Below, in pieces: positions 23,890 to 36,811 of a stretch of 64,000 nucleotides of DNA (position 1 is the first letter of the stretch; each line of letters opens with the position of its first letter). The DNA is from Takakia lepidozioides. Its lineage: Eukaryota; Plantae; Bryophyta. The position numbers and the translations under genes are program-made. Under the pieces are notes generated by a model, which was not told the DNA's origin, ran no database searches, and saw only the letters and a list, made by a program, of their open reading frames with translations. The DNA lies in NCBI GenBank assembly GCA_030704615.1, contig CM060732.1:11718001-11782000 (forward strand), given 5' to 3'.

Positions 23890-26800
23890 TTACATAATTA
23901 CGTGGAAATTACAGTCATAATAATCACTTCACATACAACTCCATAAATGTTCATTAATAAGGCACAATCATATTATATTATGACGTGTAATATTGAGTCA
24001 TTGAAACGACTTGGCATACAACTGAGAGATTATGATTTAACGCTGACATGACCAATTTTGATACTTAGTGATTAGTAGTTGATTTGGGAGTGATATCTAT
24101 GACTCAAGTGCTTACAATCACTATGGTTGTAGTGCCTGCAATGATTCGTGACAGTAAAGATAATTCTAGAATGGTGAAGGACCCAGAATTTGGGAAGGGG
24201 GGCAACCAGGCAGCTCCAAAAATGTGGACATTGATAATCAATCATCATATTCATCTTCAGAATCTCCCTCCTCTTCCTCCTCAACTCGCCACAACTCGTT
24301 ATTAAGCACCACCTTCCATCCCAGCTTGGTGGTTTCATCGGGAAAGAACACTTGCTCTACTTGGGAAAGATAAAAGGCTCATGATGTCTAGTAGTAGCCT
24401 TATGAAATCAAAGGAAGAAAATCCATATTCATCTCGCACCATGGTGGCACTGTCTCCCACCATATTGGCTCTTACCCATGAGCAACGAAACACAATGGGC
24501 TGTAAAAGACCATAATATACTTTGAGGATTTTCTTTATCACTCCAACATATTGCAAAGGAGAGGTAATGGGATTATGATCTCATGCGCTACTCGGGGAAT
24601 GCTAGAGTGTGAGCCTAGCCACGCGAACCCTGGAGCCTGTGAGCCCAAGAGCCTAACGTGAGCCTAGTCCACGTGGCACGAGAACGGGGGAAGATGCAGG
24701 GTGTATTTCCGCGGATGAGCACCCATTACCGCGGAAACACGGCAAATCAGGAAACATGGCAAACCCTAAACCCTAACCCTTAGCGAACTGCCATGTTCGT
24801 GAAGGGAAACAGGCTGGGAATTAAGCCGACGTCATTACTGCTGAGACACGGCAAACACTACAAATCGGGGAAACACTGCAAATCGTAAGCCCAAACCCTA
24901 ACCCTAACCCTTAGCGAACTATTATGTTCGTGGAGGGAAACACGGCTGGGAATTAAGCGGGCGTCAGGCACATGAGAATTCAAAAATAATAATATAATAA
25001 GAATTAAGTTTTTTTTTTTTTTTTTCTTCCCGGCATTTGGGTAGATGTCGTCGATGATCATCGTGAAATCATGATCATGAAGAAATTGAGTGCGTTGACG
25101 CACTCAGTTCTCCGTGGGGGCGGACAGGGGGGGGGGAATACAAAAAAAACAAAAAAAAAACTTTTTTTTTTTGTTCCCTCCCACTCCGCAGAGAACTGTG
25201 TGCATCAACACACTCAATTTCTTCATGATCATGATTTCACGATAATCATCGACGACATCGACAACAGTGTTGTGCGGGTCCGGATTTTCACCCCGGGTAC
25301 CCGGCGGGTTAGGGAGGGGAAATATATATATATATATCTTGTTTTTTTTTTGTTCCCCCCGTCCCACCCCCCCCGCGAGAACTGAGTGTGTTAACACACT
25401 CAATTTCTTCATGATCATGATGTCAGGATGATCATCGACGACAGTGTTGTGCGGGTCCGCATTTTCACCCCAGGTACCCGACGGGTTAGGGTAAGCGTTT
25501 TTTTTATTGGCAATTTTTTGCCATTTGGCCGCCTGAAAATCCCCTTGGCGAATGAAACAAAGGGAAAAAGAGGTCCAAATAAGGCAGTTTTCGCCAAAAA
25601 CTGGGGGTCTCAAAAAAGTCCTCGCCTGTGGACCCACGGTGGCAGCAGAGATGTAGCCATGGTGGGCCCCATGCAGGATGATCGGACGGGCCAGATGAGG
25701 AGTGGATTTAGGATTGTGGGGCCTTCGCCGTTTCCCAAGGAGATGCTCGTCGCCGGTCTTGCGAGAACTATACACCTCATTTGTACCAATTAGCCTATGG
25801 TTTTCACATAGAAAGAGTTCCATTCGTCCTATGGCTTTCAACTATTTTTTGTACTTCACCTTCTATTGCTCATCAACATCCATTTGATTCGCAATATATG
25901 GCAAGGCTGGAAATACATGTAGCCTACCAATTCGAGGAAAATTACCTAGAGTGGGCCACTTGCACTACCCTACACCCAATATATATAGCCACTCCTACCT
26001 CTTTTCAAAATCCCTAAAAAGAACCTTGGTTAGGATCTGAGTTGCCTCTCCGGATCCGGACCCATGCCATCACCAAAAACTCGGACCCTGACCCGGGTTC
26101 ATTTTTATAATAGACCCGGAACCGGACCCGGACCCGCCAGCTAGGTCCAGAACCCGTTAAACCCGCTACTCGCAGGCCAGAGTTGGTATAGCCATCTTCC
26201 CTAGTTCACCAGTTGACATTCTAGAGAATTCTACTATTGTCGGTGGGTTGAAAAGCAACTCACTAGTGGGTGTGGCCGCTGTAGGAGTATACTTATAGGA
26301 ACAGTGACCAGAGAAGATTGGGGCTTGGTGAGAGTGGGGCCAGGTGGGATCGCGGCTTGGGGCTCGTCTTCAAGGTGGAGCGCTTGGGGCTAGTGGAGGG
26401 TGGGACCAGTTGCGTGAAGTGCTTGGGGTTGATGAAGTAGGGCTAGGGGAATTGGGTCGATCGTCGTGCTTCTAAAGAGGACTCAATATTGCCGTGTTTG
26501 CCGTGTTTGGAAGTTTTGCCGTGTTCACCTCTTCTTCCAAAATATATGCTTCCACGGTAATAAGACCCCCTCTAAACCCTGTCCTCGGTTGTAGGACTTG
26601 CTTCTCCCTCCTCTAAACCCTGGGCTCACACTTAGCAAGCGTGAGCCTAGGCTCACACTTAGAGGTTGGGTGCTTCATTTTTTTTCCAGAGTACTACATG
26701 TAGTGTTCTCAATTATGAACTTACTCGCTCATTCTATCTTTTTTGCTATGTCTGGTAATTTGTGACTTATGAACATATCTAATTAGTCAGGGAGTAAAGT

Positions 26801-27200
26801 CTGTGATGTGAAGCTTTTCAATAAGCGTGTAAGTGTCCTGGGCAAAGCGTGACCCGAGCTCCTGGGCTCACGCCGTAGCTACGCTCTACGCTACTCCTAC
26901 TCTCCTGTTGGAAAATTGAGGCGACGCCACTATCAAAAGTTACGTTCAGACGGGAGGCTTCATCATCCACACGATAATGATTGCCATAGGCTTTCATTGA
27001 GTGATAGGAGCTCTCAATGAAGGGGGAAATGATAGATATACCATATCTTTGTCCTCCACTTCATTGTCCATTGCAAATGCACTTACCCAGGCTCTAACCC
27101 AAGCTGGAAAGACTAGAGCTCCAACTTATTCATTGTCGAGGGATACTCAATGGGGAGTGCACGTGTGGATTGGTTTCGTCTCCATGAAATTGTGAATGCA
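23580..27200 (-). mobile_element. Degenerate CACTA element (CACAA-type end) with a tnpD DUF4216-region remnant
   Basis: Begins CACAAGAAGAAA exactly where the gag homology stops, followed by ATGACT/AGTCAT subterminal repeats. The minus strand reads SMKAYGNHYRVDDE..TFDSGVASIFQQ (26890-27000) and continues as NPITSPLQYVGVIKKILKV..FRCSWVR..RDEYGF (24330-24590). Confidence 0.75.
24594..26888. mobile_element. 2.3-kb non-autonomous DNA element with an 8-bp TSD, inserted in tnpD
   Basis: CGCTACTC is duplicated at 24586-24593 and 26889-26896. GTGAGCC/GGCTCAC repeats lie at both ends. Excision restores the tnpD reading frame. Confidence 0.8.
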
Positions 27201-30200
27201 TTACGCGCACGTTTTATACGCTCATTCTCTGCTGCATATGTGCTGACCAGAACAAAACATAATGAAAACTAGTCTATATATATTAAAGCCTTGATAAAGG
27301 ATAATATAATAATCCTAAGTCCTCTTCATAAATCTGTAGTGGCTACGCAATGATTGAAATGACTTGAGTCCACTCACAAATAGAGCTCACTGCCTCGAGT
27401 CAATGAAATGACAACATCGAGTAAGCAGAACTACTACTGTGGCAGCAAATTTCCAATCTGGGTTCTCCCTGCGTCTTGCATCTAAGCGATTCTATATTGT
27501 TGGTGTCAATGACTTGAGGGTTTTCGAGGGTTTCATTTTTTGTTTTCAGAATCTTTTTGAGGTTTCAGATATGCGAGGATTTGAGGTTTGAGGCCCGTTG
27601 ATTTCGACCCTGGAGGTCTGGCCCGTTGAGTTAAACCCTGGAGTTCTGATTCTGCGTTTTGTTTGTTTTTTTTGTTTCAAGGTTTCAGGGTTTCAGGGTT
27701 TTTCCGGTGTTTTTCTATTTTGAGGATTTTGTGCCATGGTTCGCAGTCCAGTTTCGCCTCTCTCGCATTCCGCCTTCGCCCTGAGCGCTCCTCTTCTTCG
27801 TCGCCGAGCAGTGCCCTCCTCATGTTGGTCGCGCTCAGCAAAAACCACCTCTCTCTCTTTCTCTCGAAATGAAGTACACTTGTTATCTTGGTCTTACCCT
27901 GGTGTAGGCTACACTTATGTACTGCTATCACCTTGCTAGTAAAGATCCCGGTGCAACCTACTTAATTTTGGGGACGGCGTGAGAGGAGGATAATCAAGAC
28001 ATGGAGTACGGAGGGCTCGCACGAGGAGCGGGACATGCTCATGAGGAGTGACAGTCGTGGCTTCCGAGCGGGCTTCAGTGATGTGCAGCACAAGCTTCAA
28101 GAGTTTTACGCTTTTGATCTGATGCCCAAGACCTTCATTATCAACTTTCGACTGCGGGTGCAAGGAAGGAGGGTGATGGCGGGGTGATCTGGCTGTTGGT
28201 ATGAGGTTGGTGGAGGTGGTGGTTTGAGGATCGGCGGGAGGGAGGGGAGAGGGTGAAATGAATGTCAAGGAGTGCGGGGCTTGATCAGGTTAGTTCGAGG
28301 GGCAGATTGGGAGAGTTAGTGCGGCGTTTCTTGAGTTTTGGAGGTTTGGAGGGGGAGGAGGGGGAGGAGATTGGGATCGTGATCAGGGGCGTGGTGGATT
28401 AGGTTTTCTGGATTGAGAGAGTATTGGATTGGTTGCTAGATTGTGGAATAGTAGCGGAAGTTTGATCGACGTTAGGTGCGAGTTCTGTGGTTTGGTTTTT
28501 ATTTATTTATTGCTTTTTTTAATTGTTGTTGTTGTTTTATTCCCGGGGTGATCGGGGGAGAGAGTGGTTTAGAAATGCTGGTAGATTGAGAGACAGCGGT
28601 GCGATTAGGGTTGGGATGGTTTTGAAAAGTGATTTTTGTATTTTGTATGTGTATGTCGAGTTAGTTTTGGGATATTCTGTGGCAAACGTGTGTTCAGCTG
28701 AAGGGAGTCCAATTGAAGGGAGTGTTTCAAATCGTGTTTCAATTTCCCGGGTTCACTTTCTGTATCTACTCCATTATTGCATGTATTGCTGAAATTGATA
28801 TTGTCTCCACACCTTGTTGTCGAACGTACAGATATCAACATCTAGGCTGGGAGATGATGACTCTGGGAAAGTCTAATGATGGAGTAGTTTCTGTGAGTTT
28901 CATCGAATGCATCACACTTGACGGAATTTTGGGCCATACAGGTGAGCAACTCTTTGCTTCTATTTTGTTCCAACAGAGTGCACTCTGTTGTTTATTTTAG
29001 TATCCGGCGGGAGGAAGGACCTGGCAAGTGTAAGTGTTGAATGCCTGTTCTAAATCGAGTACCCTGACGCAGAATATATACATAACCCGCAGTCACTGTG
29101 AAGTGAAACACCAATGCTCTCTCTAAACCTCTGCCTTGCACAGTTCCAAACTCGAACCCAGGCCCTCCCCAACTCCCAGTCAAAGAAATCCCCGCCACGC
29201 ACCAAACCAGCGTCGCGACTCTCCGATTCAGCGTCGTAAACAGAATGCCAGCAACCCACCACACCACATCGCCGCAGATCACACCCGATCCTACACCCTC
29301 ATTTCCGCACAAACCCTAACCCACCCCCCACACCCACAACACAACGCATTCTCTCAGCACCACCGCCACAAAATCAAGAAAAAATTCACACCACACCCCT
29401 CCTCCTCACAGACCACCAAACACTCACCTCCACAAACCATATCCACACCCTCATACCCTCACACCCCAAACCTTCCCAAAAATCCCCCACTCCCACCTTC
29501 CCCCCCCCTCCAAACTCCCAAAAACTCCCACACCACACTCACAACCCCATCACACCACCCAAATGCCGATCTACACATGTGCTCACTATTCGACGGTTGA
29601 TGATCTTCCAAAGCATTTTTCCACCAAGGATTACTCATAACAATGCATGTCCAGCAATCGACTGACACATATGAAACATCCTGGCGCTGACGCTGATCTC
29701 TACGGCGACAAGTGTAGCGACATAAGAGAAAGGCTTCCAGACCTAAGATCTTGATGGATCAGAAACGTTCCCTGCAACATAAAGGAACATAAAACAACTT
29801 CACTGCAGCCGCTTCCAGAATTTACAAAGGAACCAGAATCACCACCTTAATCGCTTGAATAGCGGTGACAAGAGAGGTAAAACATAAGATTAGAGATCCA
29901 AATTAAGTACGTGAAGATAACCTGCAACGGAACGCAACGTATATTTTGCTCCAAACCCTAGCATCGCATTACTCTGGAAAACTACATGTCCATGCGCTCA
30001 TGTCCTTGACTCTGGAAAACTACATATCCTTGACGTTGCTGGCAATAAGTAAAGTTAATCATCTCAGTGAAGAAGCCTAGGCCATGCATCCAGCGCTTAA
30101 AACCACGTCATCATTAGGAAAATAATCGGGCCTCTAGGAGGCCGCTCTCCTTTGATACAAAAATGGTCGGGCACGTGTCGTTCAAGGATCAGAAACATCT

Positions 30201-33200
30201 TGCACGTTACACAAGCTCACCTTTGTGCCACTGCCAATTCTCACCACAACGCACTCGCCTATTCGGTACTTCCCTCAAATTCTATCCCCTTGACCATCTC
30301 CCCTCACCAACTCCCTTGCATTTTGGTTAAGATCCTCTATTTCCGAGTACTACTACGGGGTAGTCTAGTACCAGTCGTCTTTCATACCTTTTTAAAATTG
30401 TGCATCATTTTATACTATGGTAGAAGAAAATTGTGTTTAAAAAAATTATTTGTTTTATTAGAAACATGTTGAGAAAGTTCACATTTTGAAAATTGCATTT
30501 TTGATTGTAGGCTTTAGGTCAGATCTAATGCCAACTTGTGTTTCGTGGAGTTTTCTATGTGTAGCTTGAGCTCGATTTTTATGTTCTTCGTTCAGAATCT
30601 TCAAATCTAGCAGCTAATCTCTGTTTTTTTCCTTTAGGGTTACTAGTGTGAATGCCAGCGGTGGAAATCCTAAACGAAGCTGGTTGCAGTTTTGTTTTGC
30701 TTGTTGTGTGGTGTCACGACCACATTGGCCGCGTTAACTTTCAAGCAGCATGTTTTATCATTGAAATAGCATGAATGAGTTTTAAATATTTACGTAATAC
30801 ACGACATGCGGACTCGTTTGTGCATAGGAGGACAGTTTTGTAGAGGTCGTCGCAAAAGTGTTTTATTGGTTGCATATTTTGAGAATTTGGGTTGCATGAT
30901 CCGACTGATGAGCTCGTTCTGGGCAGTATCACGAAACTGTTGTTTACTTAAGCGTATGTTGGTATGTTGCATTGATTTATTAGACCCTCCAATGTTCTGA
31001 CCATATGTAGATCAATAGCGCATGTAGGTCTGGGCTTGTTCCGCTATGGCGATGTGGAGTTTGGAAGAAGCCTTAGAAAGTAATTTGGAAAATAGAGTAT
31101 GAGGTTTTAGTATTGGTAAAGAGGCTCAATTTATCCAGCGGCTTCTGAAATCAAGCGGAGTGTCTCCTAGTCTTCAACTTAGGAGTGTGTCAAGTTATTT
31201 TACCACTAGTGTGAAGTTAGCTAGGAAATAGCTAGCTTTTATATATTGATATTTGGGATTGACCCAAGTATCAATCCAGGGGCCAATACATGTTTGGGCA
31301 CCTGGCGTTGTTATCTTCATGGCAGATCACGGTGGGCTCATCTTTCTCGAGTTGAGCCTCACCGCATCTAGCTATGGCGCCGGAGTGTGGATTCCCCATG
31401 GCGTGGGGTGCACTTGGCTCGACTTAATATATGAGTGATGTTTTCATGTGCAAGTGTGTGAGTTTGAGAGAGCTTGTGTGCTTGTATCATTCTTTTCTTT
31501 ATCACTCGAGAAGATCAGCTCGAGCCTGTGAGTGTCAGGTTCGAGTTAGTTATAGCACTTGTGTTTTCAGATCATGAGAAACGGTTCAGCCTTTAGTGCA
31601 GGGATCCGTGCATGAGCCTATCCAAAGCGAATAGAGTGCAAAGGCGAACAGGTTGCAGGTTTGCAATGGATAGAGAGGCAGGTAGCCCATGTTGAAGAGC
31701 GGCGTTGCATAGCTCAATGCTATGGCAACCAAGTTTGGGCTTCTAGTGTGAAGCGGAGGAGATATTGGCCACGAGTGGGCAAACTGGTGGTCGTCTTCTT
31801 CAGCTGCAGGCCGAGTTAAGGAGCTACAAGAATGTGGGCTACGCATGGAAGCTAGCATGTTGCAGGTTGGAGATGATATGATCAGCTCCAGGTATTTCTG
31901 CCCGAAACTAGTTGTTGCGGGTAGATTAGGAGCAGCCGAATGGTGGAGCTACGAGGGGATGCATCGTAGCCCGTTGGGAGCTTCAGCTCCAAGCTCATGA
32001 AGAGGTATGAGTGAGGAGAGGGGGCTGGTCCCTCTTGTGTGCAAATCAATGCACTTGTGAAACATGTGCTGAGTTGGAGTTTCAATCTGAAACTCAGCAG
32101 TGTAAGGGCTCTTGGACTGGCAAGAGCGGGGCTGGAAGGGCAGCAATGAGGCGCCCTAGAGCCAGGGGATATGCAAGAGAAGTGCAGGTGCACCAAGTCT
32201 GTAAAGGTGTGTATTTTCAGATTCGTTTTTGTGAGCTTCATGAAGAAAATGGAGCATGTTGGGCAGCATATTGCTTGCTTGTTGAGTTTAGGGTGTCTCT
32301 GGTGGGTCGTGAGAGACCAAGAGAGCATGGCAGCAGGTCTGGTGGCTTCGCAGAGGCCATAGCTCGGCGGCAGCAGGTGCAGGAGCAAACCCCAGCGCGG
32401 GAAGAGCTCGGGAACGCATGAGAACTCGTTAGGAGTTCCAGGGAATGCACGGAACAGTGGTCGTGATGGGCCGTGGGGGCGGTATCACGAGATACCACGA
32501 GCCCAGGCCATGACTGTTGACCGTGACCGTTGGAAGCCATGGTGCGGACACAACGGGTGGGCACGGTGACCAGATCGTGGGGATGGCGGGCCGTGCTCGT
32601 GGGAGTGGTACCACAGGGTATCACGGGGCAGCCCGGGGCCAACGAACGCCTAGGGCGGGCCGTGAGGAGTCGTGGCGGATGGAGCCACGGAAGGCCGCGA
32701 ACAGGCAGAGTAAAAAATAAAATAAAATAAAAATTCACTCGTTTCGTGGGACCTTGATGGGGAGGCTGGGCTCTGTAGAACAACGGTTTTGAGCTAGCTG
32801 ATCTGGCAGAAAAGTCGGAATTGCCTCCCTGTTGCGTTTTAACAAAGGGGATTACTTCCCTGCAGGTAATCTTTTCGGGTTTTCAGCCCAACTCTTAACT
32901 ATTGGGGAGACCAGCCTGCAGGTAATTCCTTTGGACAGAATGTTGTTGGGGCCTATATGTACCTCTATTTGCTCCATTTTTGAACCTTCAGTGAACGGCG
33001 TGGTTTCCTGAGGTGGTTCCATTATGAGGAATGGCTGGTGGACGTAAGGAGGCACTGGCGGACCCTATGGAGGCTTGCACGGGGCCTTGGAGGCCAAGTT
33101 TCATGAGCTCGTGGAGGGCGGTTTGAGGAGTGTCTACAGGGTGCTCTCATGGTCATGCAAGTGAGAGAAGAGAGGAAAAAAGAGGGTGTTGGGATGAGAG

Positions 33201-33736
33201 CGTGCTAGGGATAGGCATTGCTTTAGTTTCCCTTCCTCGTAGCTTTTCACCTTCTCTGTAGGCCGAGACCTTTCCGTAGGTGGAGGCAAGAGTCAGTCCG
33301 GTTTTGGGCTGGGTTGCAGGAGCGACACTGTGGAGTTGTTTTTGGTGTGGGGGAGTTGTTGTTTTTCATTCTTGTGTTTGGATCCATTCCACACATGCAT
33401 GCTTGATTGTGCGCCATGCTAGTTTTGTGTGGGCGCTTGATTTTATAGGTGGTTGACTCAGGCTTGATCGCCGATCCAACCCTAGAGCATGCTGTCGATG
33501 GTGAGGCTGGGTTGATGACCAGTCAGAACATCTTTGTTTCTCCTATGGTGAGGTTGGAGGTGATGACCAGCCAACCATGGGAGTGCCTGCGGTGCATGCA
33601 GGTACAAGTGCAGGCTATGTTATGAACCTAGTATTCCAAACCATAAGCCGCATCAGGTTCTCTACCCGGATACCTTGTGGAGAGGGGGTTAGAGAAAGGT
33701 TCATGACCGGTTGAATGTCAGTTTGTCAACACGGAG

Positions 33737-35178
33737 GTGCCACTAGTTGCTGGGGAAAGTGCCGGTACGAGCACTAGCGATATTAGCGGGTATACGAGAC
33801 GAGGTGTGCGGTTTAGGCCACCTTCACTTCTTGTATCTTCTACGGAAGGTTCTGATTCGGATTATGAATCAGGAGGACTCACACCGGCGGTGCAAGTTGT
33901 TTCCTTGCCATTGTTGTGGGACACAATGGAGGAGATGTATGGAGCCAGCCACGTAGGTACTTTGGGGTGGTGGGCACCATTGAGTTGGATGATTTTATCC
34001 AAGAGTTTGATAGTTGGTGTGACTTGCAGCAAATGCACAATCCACAACTGTTTACGCCTTTTATGGCATGAAAGGGGCTGTTTCAGCACCTTGAGGGGCC
34101 GCCCATGGATGATTACCATGAGTTTAGGCGGGGGCACAATGTTGAGATCGAGCAGTGGAGGATATACTGGTCACCCGACTATGTGTCCATCACTAGAGGC
34201 ACTAGAGGCACAAGGGCAGCAGCCACACCGGCAGCTGCACCAGCAGCAGCAGCTACAATAGCAGCTTCCACGAGTAGTAGTGGGACTAGTGGTACAGCAA
34301 CTACGACGTCCACCCAGGCTACTGCTGCACCAGCACCAATGGCGGTGTCTGCCTTCAACCCTGTTGTGGAGTTCTTTGAAGAATTGAGAAAGAACTACCA
34401 AGGGGTGAGGACAGAGAAGTTGAGGAGCTTGCAAGAGTTCCAGAGGAAGCCTACTAAGAGCTTGAGGGAGGCTTTCACTCGTATGAGATGCTTGATAAAT
34501 ACCCAAGGGGTTACGGAAGCTCAGGCAGTCCAATTCTGGTACGGGATATTGGACAAGGAGCTGAGGAGAAGGGTGCAGGATGCAACTCTCCTACAAGCGG
34601 CCCAACCCACCTTAGCAAATGTGTTTTTGCTGGTAGAGCGGATAGAGCTCAAAACGGTGGAGGAACGAGTGGTCATGGTGGGATTTGCTAAGGAGGCACC
34701 ACGGGGTAGTGGTGCTCCTAGCCAGCCACTACCTCAACGTGTTCAAGGCAACAAGGGGGCTCAGGTGAAGCCCAGGGAAGGGCAGAGAGGACCTCAGATG
34801 CAGGGGTCTCTCCCTTCATTTGCTAGCCAACAGCAGACGGATGTGGTGTGCTAGACATGTGGAGGACCCCATGTTAAGAAGGATTGCCCAGAGGGAGACA
34901 ATGGTTTTGCACCGGCACAGCCTGCATAGTTGCAGTGTGGGCATTATGGCAAGTACGGGCATGGAGAGGCCCAGTGCTATGGTTTGCATCCTGAGTTGCG
35001 CCCAGGCCAGTTCCAAGGGAACAATGGTGGCCGGGGGCGAGGTGGAGCAGCCCAGAGAGGACGAGGCGGCCAGGCACGAGGTGCAGGCCAAGGGCAAGCT
35101 CAACATGGCCAAGGACGTGGAGGTCAAGGTATTGACCAAGGCATGGCCAACCGGCTTCAGCAGCTAGAGCAGAGGCTC
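33737..35178 (+). mobile_element. Ty3/gypsy-type gag remnant with two zinc-knuckle-like motifs, truncated by an LTR insertion at 35179
   Basis: Contains the retrotransposon-gag-like segment FFEELRKNYQG..LQEFQRKPTKSLREAFTRM, the motifs C*TCGGPHVKKDC and CGHYGKYGHGEAQC, and an RGG-rich tail. Frameshifts and a stop are present. Confidence 0.75.
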
Positions 35179-36777
35179 TGTCGCGCACCTCACTTCGGTA
35201 AGCTCCCCTTCAAGTCATAGTTGCTAGCTTGATGCGCGCGCCTAACTCCCAACCTGGCCGCCGGACCAACTTGGAGCTTCGGCTGCTCACCGGGGCATAA
35301 CGGTCCCCCTTTGATCTCCCAAAGAACCCTCCACCGATTTGGAACCAGCGGGAATTCCCTTTGGTAGTTGGCAGTGCGGAACAGCTCCCCACTCTTTGAT
35401 CGCTTTCCGGCTCGCTCGCTTACTCACTAGTTTTTGGTCACCAACCGGCTTGCACCGTTCTCGGGGTTACTACTCCCCTATATATACTTTTGTAGCTATC
35501 CGCGGGGGTTTCACAACCAGCCATGCCATTTTATGGCGAACCACCACGAAAACCCTCGACTCTCGGTGATGAGTCGCGGTGAGTCTTGGCCCACTCACCA
35601 CGGCCCCTATGGACCGTGATGAGTCCCAAGACTCCCCACGACTCCCACCACGAGGTCTCCGCCCCCATGGTGAGTCCTTTGCCACCCCCACTAAGTCCCG
35701 CTAAGCTACCACCACCCCTTGTGGAGCCACCCCCACCGCAACCCGGTGTGCGGGGCTCCACCTAGTGAGCGCCTCCGCCTCCTTGAGTGCCTTGGGCACT
35801 CAAGGGTGCTTCAGCCCCCCCATACCTATCGCTGCCGCTGCCCCCACCACAGGGGCAGCCCCTCATGTGTCCCGACCCCCTGCCCTCAAGGCAAAGGGCC
35901 GCGACACACACCCCTACCAACAGGGAGTCGATGTCCTCATCGACTTGTCCATTTTGTAGAAACGAACATCCAAGTTGTGGCGTCCCACATCAAGGAGTTT
36001 GTTTCCGTACCATGGCGTCCCATGGCAAAGAACCAAACCCCACACTTGACTCTACTCTCTACTAGCTAGTTTGGCCGACTTCCTCCAAGTCCCGGCCAGG
36101 GGTGGAGCCTCTCAAGCTCCTCCCAGTGCACTCTTCTTGGCCTTCTTCAAGGTCAAGGGATGATCCTCCCCGAGGATCGAATCGCCTTACTGCAACAACA
36201 TTGCTTGCGATCGCTCTTGATGCCGCTTTTGGCATCACTTTGCACAAGGGTTCACCTCGAACCCCCTTTAACTAGGAAGATAACCTTGAACCAACCGTGC
36301 GCCCCAATCACTACAATTGGGTCCGTCTTGGAATGCTGGCCTGAGGTACGGGAACACGTCGAAGCCGCACTACGATTCATCCCGAGGCTACACGATTATA
36401 GTACGTGAACGGAAGCACATAGCTTCCGCGTTAGCCTGCACTACAAGGCAACCACCTCGGTAGCGCAGTTATAGTACGCGCACGCGCCAGGTGCGCACTA
36501 GCACGTGAACTCCCAAAGAAGACGCATGTTTCCTTGCCCCTTGGATGGGAGTCACCCGATTTCGGCACTGCGCAAACACACGATTAACCCAATTTACCTC
36601 TCCCACTTTTGTAAGCTAGCATGCATTCTACACACTAGCCAACCACACCATGCATCACCATTCCAAACAAAATAGGACACACAACATTTGGAACCCATTT
36701 CCTTTATAACAAATTTTTGTACAATACAAGTTTTTGCAATCCGATTCCTGAGCTAGCTAAGCCGGGCTAAGCATGCA
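35179..36777 (-). repeat. 3' LTR (~1.6 kb, TG...CA)
   Basis: Begins TGTCGCGCAC and ends CA next to the PPT. The first 604 bp are near-identical to 41430-42034. Confidence 0.85.
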
Positions 36778-36795
36778 TTTCCTCCCCCACGCTCC
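36778..36795 (-). other. Polypurine tract
   Basis: The minus strand reads GAGCGTGGGGGAGGAAA immediately before the LTR. Confidence 0.8.
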
Positions 36796-36811
36796 AAGGT
36801 TGATGTCCCTA

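Noticed and set aside
24761-24910. Interstitial telomere
   Set aside because: Only 2-3 units per tract inside a TE, so these are telo-box-like motifs.
25104-25841. 245-aa minus-strand ORF
   Set aside because: It runs through direct and inverted repeats and homopolymers of a non-autonomous element.
30712-33720. Possible long LTR starting TGTCACGACC upstream of the gag at 33737 (a similar start occurs at 55325)
   Set aside because: No second copy, TSD or clear PBS in the window, so the boundaries cannot be supported.
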